A stretch of 63,005 nucleotides of DNA, counting the filler, from Octopus bimaculoides (Eukaryota): the NCBI RefSeq assembly GCF_001194135.2. It is 6 parts of 6 records of this genome, joined end to end, with 100 filler letters (N's around TTAATTAATTAA, not from the genome) between each part and the next. Parts side by side here need not be neighbours in the genome. Positions count along the whole stretch, not along the records: positions 1 to 21,569 come from NC_068987.1; 5 more parts are not named here. One strand, written 5' to 3'. This document shows, in pieces, positions 1 through 12,022 of this stretch. The translations under genes were made by a program, and so were the position numbers. A model generated the notes under the pieces. It was not told the origin of the DNA. It ran no database searches and saw nothing but the letters and a program-made list of their open reading frames with translations. The stretch's first letter is position 1. Each line of letters begins with the position of its first letter.

Positions 1-32
<32 letters not shown>

Positions 33-34
<2 letters not shown>

Positions 35-197
35 GACGAGGTTCTTTCAGTTTCCGTCAACCAAATCCACTTACAAGGCTTTGGTCGGCCCGAGGCTATA
101 GTAGCAGACACTTGTCCAAGGTGCCACGCAGTGGGACTGAACCCGGAACCATGTGGTTGGTAAGCAAATTTCGTACCTCGCAGCCACTCTTGCACCT
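33..197 (-). mobile_element. tRNA-derived SINE, family A (partial)
   Basis: Matches the copies at 1858-2022 and 43007-43380. The minus strand reads GCTG..GGTAAG (A-box-like), GGTTCAGTCCC (B-box-like), GGCACCTTGGACAAGTGTC (CORE-like), and ends in (AT)n. Confidence 0.85.
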
Positions 198-588
198 GTA
201 AATCATTCGTCCCCACCACCACCATTTATTTTAATTTTTGAATTAAAAAGAAAAATATTTATTCTGATAGTGTTTTATGGGTTTTTTTTTATAGATTTAT
301 TCTTCCTCTGCAACTTTTACTTAACGGATTTAAACACATGACGATGGAGTGCCAAGTAGAAACAAATAAACAATCGAATTTATTTGACAACCCAATATAT
401 TCTATATTATGTGTTTGTGTGTGTGTGCGTGAGTGTGTGTTTATGTGTGTGTGTGTTTATGTGTGTTTATGTGTGTGCGCATATATATGAACGCATATGT
501 TTGTACCTATGTGCGTATGCATGTGCTTATGTACGTATGTATGTACTATTTACATATATATGTATGTATGTATGTAGGAATGAATATC

Positions 589-623
<35 letters not shown>

Positions 624-1738
624 GGAATTCACAAAAAACAAAAGACGAAGACAGGTGCATAAACAACAAATAGGTATATATTTAATTAACAATTTTTATT
701 TCCTGTTTTCCCTGTTATAATTGAAGACAGCACAGCCAGGGGAACAGGCCTTTTTTTGTCTTAAATAAGAAGCGGAAAAAGAAGAAAGAAAGAATAAAAT
801 TAAAAAAAGACTACACCCTACTACACATTCTCTCGCCAATCATTNNNNNNNNNNNNNNNNNNNNNNNNNNNNNNNNNNNNNNNNNNNNNNNNNNNNNNNN
901 NNNNNNNNNNNNNNNNNNNNNNNNNNNNNNNNNNNNNNNNNNNNNNNNNNNNNNNNNNNNNNNNNNNNNNNNNNNNNNNNNNNNNNNNNNNNNNNNNNNN
1001 NNNNNNNNNNNNNNNNNNNNNNNNNNNNNNNNNNNNNNNNNNNNNNNNNNNNNNNNNNNNNNNNNNNNNNNNNNNNNNNNNNNNNNNNNNNNNNNNNNNN
1101 NNNNNNNNNNNNNNNNNNNNNNNNNNNNNNNNNNNNNNNNNNNNNNNNNNNNNNNNNNNNNNNNNNNNNNNNNNNNNNNNNNNNNNNNNNNNNNNNNNNN
1201 NNNNNNNNNNNNNNNNNNNNNNNNNNNNNNNNNNNNNNNNNNNNNNNNNNNNNNNNNNNNNNNNNNNNNNNNNNNNNNNNNNNNNNNNNNNNNNNNNNNN
1301 NNNNNNNNNNNNNNNNNNNNNNNNNNNNNNNNNNNNNNNNNNNNNNNNNNNNNNNNNNNNNNNNNNNNNNNNNNNNNNNNNNNNNNNNNNNNNNNNNNNN
1401 NNNNNNNNNNNNNNNNNNNNNNNNNNNNNNNNNNNNNNNNNNNNNNNNNNNNNNNNNNNNNNNNNNNNNNNNNNNNNNNNNNNNNNNNNNNNNNNNNNNN
1501 NNNNNNNNNNNNNNNNNNNNNNNNNNNNNNNNNNNNNNNNNNNNNNNNNNNNNNNNNNNNNNNNNNNNNNNNNNNNNNNNNNNNNNNNNNNNNNNNNNNN
1601 NNNNNNNNNNNNNNNNNNNNNNNNNNNNNNNNNNNNNNNNNNNNNNNNNNNNNNNNNNNNNNNNNNNNNNNNNNNNNNNNNNNNNNNNNNNNNNNNNNNN
1701 NNNNNNNNNNNNNNNNNNNNNNNNNNNNNNNNNNNNNN

Positions 1739-2022
1739 GGTCGGCCCGAGGCTATAGTAGAAGACACTTGCCCAAGATGCCACGCAGTGGGACTGAACCC
1801 GGGACCATGTGGTTGGTAAGCAAGCTACTTACCACACAGCCACTCCTACACATATATACGACGGGCTTCTTTCAGTTTCCGTCTACCAAATCCACTCACA
1901 AGGCTTTGGTCAACCCGAGGCTATAGTAGAAGACACTTGCCCAAGGTGCCACGCAGTGGGAATGAACCCGGAACCAGGTGGTTGGTAAGCAAGCTACTTA
2001 CCACACAGCCACTCCTGCGCCT
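1739..2022 (-). mobile_element. Two tandem family-A SINE copies (1739-1847 and 1858-2022)
   Basis: The block CCGAGGCTATAGTAGAAGACACTTGCCCAAG...GCAAGCTACTTACCACACAGCCACTCCT occurs twice head-to-tail. CpGs are intact. Confidence 0.88.
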
Positions 2023-2499
2023 ATTATTATTATTATTATTTGTTGTTGTTGTTGTTGTTGTTGTTTTTGTTGTTGTTGTTGTTGTTTTTGTTGTCGTTGC
2101 TTTTGTTGTTTTTGTTGTTGTTATATTTTATTTTATTTTGATATTTTGAGAAATAGAAATGCTGAAGTTGTATCTTGCGTAGTGGCCAAGCTTCTTTTCT
2201 TAAGAATGAAATCTTAAGACGTACTTAATTCAAATACTGAGCTTCCGAAAGGACTTATTCCTTTCTGCATCTCTCCAAAAATGTATTCGATCTGGATTAC
2301 TGAATTTCGCATTTGAAGAATACGTGTCTTGTGATAATCCCAATATTTTCTTTCTTTTCCCCATGTTTTTGATCTTTGAATTAATAAGTAGGTGTTTTAG
2401 CGCGTGGTAGAATAAATCCAAGAGTTAATCATTAATCAAAATGTATTATCTGAGGAAAGTATGTATTTGTTAACAAACCGATAATAGTTGATATTCACG

Positions 2500-2840
2500 A
2501 TTTCATCTTTTATCTTGTACTGACTTCAGGCATTCGTCAGTGGCCATGCTGGGGCACATGTTTGAAGGGTTCAGTCGAACAAATACACCCCAGTACTTGT
2601 TTTGTAAATCTGGTGCTTATTCTATCAGTCGCTAGTTACGCAGGCGTAAAAGAAAATCAATAACGGTCGTCAAATAGTGATGAAGGATAAACACAATCAC
2701 ACACATATATATATCTATATATATGACGGGCTTCGTCACAGATTCCATCAACCAAGTTCCACCAAAATCATTGGTCGACCCGGGGTCATAGTAGATGACG
2801 GCTGCAAACCGATCTTCTTAACCACACAGCCATGCCTGCG
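2500..2840 (-). mobile_element. Diverged near-full family-A SINE
   Basis: Shares the segments GGCCATGCTGGGGCAC, GACGGGCTTC..TTCCATC.ACCAA and CTTAACCACACAGCCATGCCTGCG with 43007-43380. Confidence 0.7.
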
Positions 2841-5721
2841 TCTGTCGGTCCTTTTTTGTTGTTTTTTCCATACCCTGACGTTTTTTAAACTGACCCCAAA
2901 CCTAAAAATGTTTTAAGGGAACACAGGGCATAACTGACTTTAACTTTCCGCTATGAGACACCACGTATACATCGTTGGTTCTAATTTACTGATCCTGGGT
3001 AGAGATGAGAAGCAAAACTAAATACTGACTCAGGTTGGGATCGAACTCAGAACATAAACCGCTGTGACTAGAAATAGCCAGGCATTCTACCGCTTCTGCC
3101 AATTATCCGCCGTATTTTTTTCTGATCTACTGAATATGTCACAGCTGTAAGAAAGCAGAATCGATTGAGTGGCAGACAAATTTCTTTGCCGTATCTTTAC
3201 ATTTCGAAATCAAATCTTGCAGAGAACTCGGTAAAAACATAACTGTTTATTGCTAGGTCGAGACAATCGGTTATATGCATCCCATACACCCGAGGCCTTG
3301 TACCTACGTCAGAAATTAGTTTATTATTTAGCCATTATGAAGGCAATAAGCTGGCAGAGACGTCAGCATACCGAACAAAATGCTTTGCAGCATTTCTTCC
3401 TACTTTACGCTTAGATTCAAATGCCGCCGATGTCGACTTTGCTTTTCGTCCTTTCGAGATCTATAAAATAAGAACAAGTCAAGTACTGTGGTCGACTTTG
3501 TAGGATGATGTAAGATCATATAGAAAAAAAAAAAGAGTACTTCATCCGATTACATGAATTGTTGCCCTCACGTACAAATTCTGACTTTGCCACAATGTCT
3601 AACTACTGCAAATTAATAAAATACGTTGGCCATTTATAAGTTTTCTTCTGGTTTAGGATGCTTAACTTCGTAATAAGTAAGCAACAAAACAAATAAATAA
3701 ATATGTATTTTCTCTACGTCTTTTTCCTTATTTCTTAATTCAAAATTCAATCCTCTGATCTTGCCAAATATTATGAAAAAATTATTATCTCCCTTGTATT
3801 AACTGTCCGCCAAGGGACACCACGTGTTCTTTAACTATTTTAATAGTTTCACTCATTCGACTTCAGTTATTGTGAAATGGCGTTTTCAAAGGTTCAATGG
3901 ATCATATCTATCCCTTCTCCTTATTTCAATTTGGTAATCTGTTTATCGTTAGCTATTTGTCGAAATGCTAAGCTATGGCAATAAAGCGATACAACACTGG
4001 CAATGCTAGTCTTCAGGTTGACGGAGACTTAAACTCAGACACAGACTAGCTGCTAGATTTACATACATCCGGAGCTGCGTTGATTCTAGGAAATGAATCT
4101 CTCTCTCTCTCTTTCTCTCTCTCTCTATCTCTCTCTCTCTCTCTCTCTCTCACTCGCTCTCTCCTCTCCTCTCTTCTGATCGATATCTATATATATATAT
4201 ATATATATATATGGGGAGGGCTGTCCATGTGTGTGTGTACAATCTCATCTCTTTGCATATAGGGAACTTCATTTTTCAACATAACCTTTCCTAATTTCCT
4301 AACTTAAGATGTTAGAGTTGAGTTGGAGGGCAATTTGGCTACTGTATCTAGCCGATCGTACGCCCAGGCCGAAGCCTTTCTCTTGTTGGTTTTGAAAAAT
4401 ATTGGTATTATCGAATATTCCCAGATCAGTTGTAGTCGGAAAACTATGATGAAACGTGCTCCATTATAGTTGTTGTGTCAGTTGTGTAGGGGGAATTGTA
4501 ATGTTCAGTACAGTTTCCATTTAAACGTGTGATGTGTAAGAGTTTTAGCTGCTATTTTCGGCAGGTTGGTCAGCCATATATCAACAAAATTGTCTACAAA
4601 TAAGCGATCTCTCTCTCTCTCCCTCTCTTTCTCCGTTTTTCATTCCCATCATCTATCCACCTCTTTTTTCTTCTCCCTTCTTTGCCCTCTTTTTCCCTTC
4701 CTATACCTTGCGCCTTTTATACATCTTCAGAGTAGGTGGTTGAACTAACAGGCATGTCAATTCATTACTTGGAGACGGTGTGGGCTTCACGTTGTGTGGA
4801 TAATTGCGTGTTTTCTATTTAGTTTGCTTGTTTAGTTTTTAGGGGGGGGGGGGTTATTAACACCTTTATGAAATATGGTCTTGTTTTTTTTTTCATTTCT
4901 ACTAAATTGTATAACCCCTCTCTATTACATATTTGCACGCTAATTGTCGTATTGTGCTTTTAGCAAGCTGAGTTGCTTCACGTGTGTACAAAAGCTTAAC
5001 GTATTTCAAGATGAAATATTTGGAGATGATATGACCCTCACGCTGTGTGGATAACTGTAGTTCTTTAATTGAAACACTTATACTGTAGTTCTTTAATTGA
5101 AAATTATCTACTAAATTGTACAGCCCCTTTTCTATTACGTTTGCTTGGTAATTGTCGTATTGTCCCTTTGGCAAACTGAGTGTACAAAGTCTCACATGTT
5201 TCATGATAAAGTGTTTGGAGTTAAGAAGACTATTTGTCATAGCTGCAATAAATCTATTCTATTATTTATTATTTATTTATGTAAATACATAGATTTCAGA
5301 CAAATCTAAAGCTTATAAAAGAAAAGTATAAAATTGCCTAAAAACAAAACAAACTAACAATATATTCTGAATTACATTTTAATTTAGAATAGCATTTTCT
5401 TCTGCCTATTTTTTACCGTGCTTTGTTGGGTATATTTTAGCAAAACATTCTCATTTTAATGACAGTAAATATATTTATACAAATTATAGTGAAAATATAG
5501 AGATTGCAGCTAAATTAAAAACATATAAAAGAAAGGGGTAAAAATATCTAAGAGAAAATAAACATATATTATGAATTGTTTAATGTAGAATGATGGGTTT
5601 TTTTTCTCTCTGCCTATTATTTAACGAAATTTTGTTTGGTATATTTTAGCAAAATACTTTCATATTAATGAAACGGTCTTATTTAATATATTTCGAGAAA
5701 TTACGATGCCATTCTAAGGTA

Positions 5722-5795
5722 ACAGGAAAACTGCAAGTTGGGGGAGTGTTAGATTGGACATCTTAAGGTCTCTGGTTCAATCCGGAAATTCGATA
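5722..5795 (+). pseudogene. tRNA-Phe-derived pseudogene
   Basis: CAAGTTGGGGGAGTGTTAGATTGGACATCTTAAGGTCTCTGGTTCAATCCGG aligns by eye with eukaryotic tRNA-Phe (CAGTTGGGAGAGCGTTAGACTGAAGATCTAAAGGTCCCTGGTTCGATCCCGG). The anticodon is mutated (GGA) and the acceptor stem is broken. Confidence 0.7.
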
Positions 5796-5850
5796 TGCTG
5801 ATGGGGTCTGTTTCGCTCTTTAGATTATTTCTAATCGTATTCCCTATAAT

Positions 5851-6145
5851 GTGGAGGCACATGGCCCAGTGGTTAAAGCATCGAGCTCGGATCGCAGGTT
5901 CGAATCTCAGATCGATCGATATGCGTGTTTATGAGCGAAACATCTAAGCTCCCCGCGGCTTCCAGCAGAAGGTAACGGCAAACTTCTGCTGACTCTTTCG
6001 CCACAACTTTCTCTCACTCTTTCCACCTACGCCTGGCAGCTCACCTGTGACGGACCGGCGTCCCGTCCAGGTGGGGAACCTATACGCCAATGAAACCGGG
6101 AATCTGGCCCGTATGAGCCAGACATGGTTTGAGAAGGAACAAACA
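5851..6145 (+). mobile_element. tRNA-derived SINE with V-domain-like 3' module
   Basis: Head GTGGAGGCACATGGCCCAGTGGTTA and the CCACAACTTTCTCTCACTCTT block are shared with 41979-42364. At 6044-6071 it carries CCTGTGACGGACCGGCGTCCCGTCCAGG, which resembles the V-SINE conserved domain. Confidence 0.75.
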
Positions 6146-7047
6146 TTCGCTATAATATGATTTGCTTCGTGGAGAGACATATTTGGGGGTGGATTTCGTT
6201 ACACAAACATACATACATACCCACCTACATATATATATGATGGCTGCAAACACGTGTTCGAGCATTGCCATCACCTGATCGCAAGTTCCACAGAAGCGAA
6301 CAAGATGAGGACAAATATCCGTCAAATGTAAATAATGTAAATAATGTAAATAATGTAAATAATTCCTCATCTTTTAAATATAGAACTGTATTAAAAGAAA
6401 AAAAGGAGTATTATTGGAGTCGAGTATTATTTTATTTGACTAAAATCCTTGAAAGAGATATTCCAGCATGGCCGCTGTCCAAAGATTAAAACAAGCAAGA
6501 GAACATAAGTGAAAATATCCATTCATTAGTGATAATGTTTGTGAATTAGAGACACTTATCTTAGAAGCCAACTTTGATAAGATGTGTTCTGTTGCGTTGG
6601 ATATTTTCCATCTTTATCCATTGACTTGATTAAATGTTGGAGCAAATTGATTCCGTCTCAAAATAAACATCCCCGTCCGAATTCTTTAAAAGTGACATAC
6701 TTGTAAAACCGCAGCACCAGATCTAATTATTTGTTTCCTGAAAGGGATTTTCCAGTTTGCAATCTTTTGTGACATTCATGAAAAATATTAATTTACGACC
6801 AAGTTTCTCGATGTAAAATTTTGTTATGTATTCGTTTTATTAAGCTCTCTTGTGTGAGAGTAAAAATCTTCCTCTTTTTTCCGACATTATTCAAATTGCT
6901 GTCATTCAGTATACTCTTATATCTTTCGGTAGAACAAAAATATCTTACTTAGCAAAAAGCCGTTGGTTGCAAAGTATTTTTTCTCATGACAACATTTTGT
7001 TCTAGTCTATGTACGTGGAGACGAGTGGAGGCGCAATGGCCCAGTGG

Positions 7048-7280
7048 CGGCGAGCTGGCAGAAACGTTAGCACGCCGGGCGAAATGCTTAGTGGTATTTC
7101 GTCTGCTGTGACGTTCTCAGTTCAAATTCCGCCGAGGTCGATTTGCCTTTCATCCTTTCGGGGTTGATTAAATAAGTAGAAGTTACGCACTGGGGTCGAT
7201 GTAATCGGCTTAATCCCTTCGTCTGTCCTTGTTTGTCCCTTCTATGTTTAGCCCCTTGTGGGCAATAAAGAAATTTAAAA
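7048..7280 (+). mobile_element. Family-B SINE inserted into the tRNA head of another SINE, 13-bp TSD
   Basis: GAGCTGGCAGAAACGTTAGCAC...GTTCAAATTCCGCCGAGGTCG...TTGCCTTTCATCCTTTCGGGG. Flanked by AATGGCCCAGTGG at 7035-7047 and 7281-7293. Confidence 0.9.
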
Positions 7281-7974
7281 AATGGCCCAGTGGTTAGAGC
7301 AGCGGACTCGAAGTCATAGGATCGCTGTTTCTGCTAAGGGATGCGGTGGACTCTTAGTTGGGTACACGGCTAACATCCTATAGCTTCATGGGATCCTTGA
7401 ATATGAAGTGCACACATACGTGTGTGTGTGTGTGTGTGTGTGTGAAGTCCTGTAATTGCAACTTGGAAACTACTGTTTCGTTCCGTCGTTCGGTATTTCA
7501 CTTTAATCGATATGTTATTAGCTCATTTCTATCGTATTCATTCGATTTTGTAGTATAATGTCTATTGGTCTTTCATTCTGCATTTTTTTTTTTACTTTTT
7601 GTTTTTGCCATTACTATTTCTATAAAACGTAACAGGGACATCGGAACATATTCATTAACATAATACTTCATTATCTACAGGCAATGATTATGAAAATAAC
7701 CACTCTTATGGTTTATTATCGAATTTCTTCCTCTTTAGAGGTTTTTAAGAAGGCAAACGGTGAAATCTTATTGTATTATTTTCCCTGGGCATTTATCTAA
7801 CATAATCCGTACACACACAAACATATATGCATACATACATATACATACATACATACATACATACATACATACACACATACATACACACATACATGTATGT
7901 ATATATATTGTTACTTAGGCCGATCCAATGTAAAAGGCCATTGTGTTGGCCTAAATAATTTACTGGAATGAATA

Positions 7975-8145
<171 letters not shown>

Positions 8146-9851
8146 CTGCTACAATATTTCTATGAACGAGTTACCACGATCTACAGTATATACGGTTATT
8201 TAAATAAGTCTATGATACTTTTTTTTCTAAAGCACGAAATATATTATGAATACGATGAAGTCACCAAAACATTAATTTCTATATAATCATAAAAAACGAT
8301 CCAAACACAGCCAAAATAAAAATATACGAGACAAACTATTCACTGTTATTATTTATATTCGAAATACAGTCAGTGCAAGGACAAATTGATTGACGAAATG
8401 TCAGGAGACTTGTTGCAGAAAAATATTGGTTTTTATATCGATTTCTAACTTATTTACAAGGCAACTTTATATTGAAAAACCGTCAAAGGTTTCTAGATAA
8501 ATTTTAGGGTGAGTCGAATCGTTTATGGTGATTGTGTGATGGAGAAAGACTCGCGAAGAACTTATCTCACACTTGATTGGTTAATTCCAATGTGTCTACA
8601 GTTATTTGATAAATTTATTATAGATTAGGAACAACTTTTGACCAACGATGACCAGTACAGGTCCTCCTACAAAAGACACGAGCAAAGTGCGGAAAACAAG
8701 GAAGGGCCTCAAATGTCAAACGACTCCATATTGGCGTCGAATAAATGTATGCACTAAACTTCCTTTTTAACCTGGGCAGAATACCTGTGAAAGAAGTGAG
8801 TTTCCATCGGATTTAGACAATTTAGTGCAGCTGTTTAGACGCACACAATTTGGCACGTCTAACTGGACATTCGACCTATTTTGGCGACAATACTTTTTGG
8901 CGCTAGAGGCAAACGCACGCGCGCGTAAAAATATACTCATAGAGATAGAAAGAGGGAAAAGGGGAAAATGGAGAGATATAACAATTTATTATCAGAACAC
9001 GATCAATATGAACACTTTCTTTCTCCTCTTGTACATAAAGAGAAATACTCACACACATAAACAGATAGAGAAGTGTGAGTGTGTGTTTCTGTGTCTTTGG
9101 ACACATAGACTGTTGTGTCGACACTCCCAGGCGAAGAAGTAGGATCTCCCAATAGAGGTAGTCTGGCCGTGGTAGGAGTGTTGAGTAGCAGTTGTGTAGC
9201 GGTTGAGTAGCAGTTGTGTAGCGGTTGAGTAGAGATCACCCGAAGGTGCTAGATATCAGTAGCTTGAGACATAACATAGACAACGCAATACAGACTTTAA
9301 AAAGAGACTTTCATTTTGAACAATTTATGAAGGTACTACGTACATGCATGATTAACAAATATTTTTAACGGGTGCGTAACGACGGCCAACGACCTAATGT
9401 CTGGTAAAATATATAATACAGGCTGTAGTCGTAAAGACTGCCCTATTATATACTATATGGTGTTCTATGACAAATCATGTGATTTTTCTTTTTTTATATG
9501 ATAGTGTAATACACTGCGACAACACATAAGTGTATTAGAATAATCAGTTCTTGACGTTTACACCGACAACGTCTAAATACACAATATATAAGTGTATGTG
9601 TATGCGTGTGAGTATACTGGTCCCATGGCAGAACGTCTGTCATGTCTATAGAAGATGTGGGTTCATGTCCCTCAGACAGCCTTTGAGTTTTTCTATCATA
9701 TGGGAGTTTTTTGCCCAATATCTATACGCTATTTTTTTATAACTTTAATTGTTTCGAGTTTCACCGTTCCATAAACGAACCATTTCACTAAAACACACAC
9801 ACACACACATACACACACACACTCACACACACACACACACACATATCTATG

Positions 9852-9919
<68 letters not shown>

Positions 9920-9983
9920 TATATATATATATATATATATGTATATGTACGTCTATATATATATATATGTACATATATATGTG

Positions 9984-10022
<39 letters not shown>

Positions 10023-11126
10023 TACACACATATACATATATATATGTATATACACACACACACACACATGTATACATATACAGGCATAGTTGTGCTTAAG
10101 TCGTTTCGATTAAAATCTTTCTCGATTATACGTCGGTTTTCAAAAATAATATATAGAAAAATAGTAATCAAATTGAGCCATTTTATTCGACTTCACGTCT
10201 GTCCGTTACAAATATTGGAATCGTAAAATCACTAGAAAACCATTAAAAGCACATCAAATCATGTTATTGTAACACTAAATAAGAATTTAAAGAATATAAA
10301 ATCATTATTAAAATACTTACACACCATAAAGTAACGTAGTTTAGTGAACGAAATCATGGAATTACGAAATCACCAAATTGTATGTACATATTGGTTAATT
10401 TTAAAAACTTCAGTTTTTTTTTTCTTTTTACTATTGCAAAATAATGATTATTGAATTTGTTTTTTAAGCTTAAAAAAGGCTTTTATTTTACCATGACTTA
10501 TTGCAAACCGCATTCATAAATAAAGCGTCAACGATGTACGGTAAACACGGCCAAATTATATTCGTAAATTTAGATTACTGTTTTTTTTACGGTATTGTAT
10601 TTAAAATGAAAGTTATTTGTTTGTAAACTTAAAATAAGTTTTTATCAAGCATGCGTTATTGAAAATGCATTCATAATTAAAGTACAGAACTGGGAATGTT
10701 TACTATCGGTTTAGCCTAGACACAAGTAAAATTCGGCCTAGCATAGCCTAGTAACTGGTTAATTCGACGTACGTCGTTTTTCGACTTTAGCCGTGTCTCC
10801 TGGAGCCAATTAACGACGTAGGATAAGGTATGCCTGTATATATATATATATATATATATCAGTATGTTGGAGAAGCAGGTTACTGTCAATCCCTATATAT
10901 TTATGATTATATATATATATCTCGAAGCGTTCTGTCGAAACCAGACTAAGCTGTCACTTTTTGACATAATAAAGAAACCACCCTGGAGGTCTGTATTTGA
11001 AAATGTTTGCACCCTGTTTAACCCCCACACACACACACAACAACAGCAAACTCTTTCCACACAGACACACACACATACACATACACACACACATACACAC
11101 ACACATACATACATATATATATATAT

Positions 11127-11411
11127 TGTTGTATTTGGGGATGGTCATGCTGCCAGTTTAGCCAATAGAAACACACGCATTATATATTTGGTGTTAATTT
11201 GCTTCAGTTTTATTTTATATTAAACGTATTTCGGCCTGAGTTCTTTCGTTCCTTTGCGAAGGATCACTGATGAGGTCACAGAAGTGTGACGAAAGAACTC
11301 AGGCCGAAATACGTTTAATATAAAATAAAGCTGAAGCAAATTAACACCAAATATATAATGCGTGTGTTTTCATTGGCTAAACTGGCAACATGACCATCCC
11401 CAAATACAACA
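11127..11411. repeat. Foldback element: 123-bp inverted arms around a 39-nt loop with a hammerhead-like core (Penelope pLTR-like)
   Basis: 11127-11249 is the reverse complement of 11289-11411 with about 4 mismatches. The loop and right arm read CTGATGA-G-GTCAC-AGAAGT-GTGAC-GAAA. Confidence 0.9.
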
Positions 11412-11975
11412 TGTTTCAACACACGATTTTACATCAAGAATCTTGCAAAATGAATATATAAACATNNNNNNNNNNNNNNNNNNNNNNNNNNNNNNNNNNN
11501 NATATATATACGCACACACAAACAAGGAGAGAGTACACATAAATCGTTATATATTAATGAGAACAGATTAACTAAGTCGTGCGTTTCTTAAAGTTTCGCA
11601 TGTCTTAAAGAGCGCATGTCTTATCGTCCAGATGAGATAATATGTCATCCAAACTTCGTATATCCTTTTTATATTTGTGCAACTTTTAGTAATGTATATT
11701 TAAGCCAAACTGTTAATACTAATATACGTAGGTCCACGCATGCATGTGTGTGCGTGTATGTGCGTGTATGAATATGTGTGTGAGTGTTTTTCATTTCTTT
11801 CAATCTACTAATCTGTACAATATGCCAAACATGCCTGGCTTTTAAAGGCCTTTAGTTATGAATCTTTAATATAGGTTTGCGTAATATCATTCATGAGACA
11901 CACATACGCTTATAGATTTATATACGTGTGCGCATACACATATACACACATATGTGTGTGTATACACAAATACAT

Positions 11976-12022
<47 letters not shown>

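Noticed and set aside
4902-5240. 112-aa ORF as a gene
   Set aside because: It is explained by a diverged nucleotide duplication whose two units are not in a consistent frame, and no family is recognisable.
6500-7015. Protein-looking minus-strand fragments (e.g. IWCCGFTSMSLLKNSDGDVYFETES)
   Set aside because: They are interrupted by stops and unrecognised, and need a TBLASTX search before any claim.
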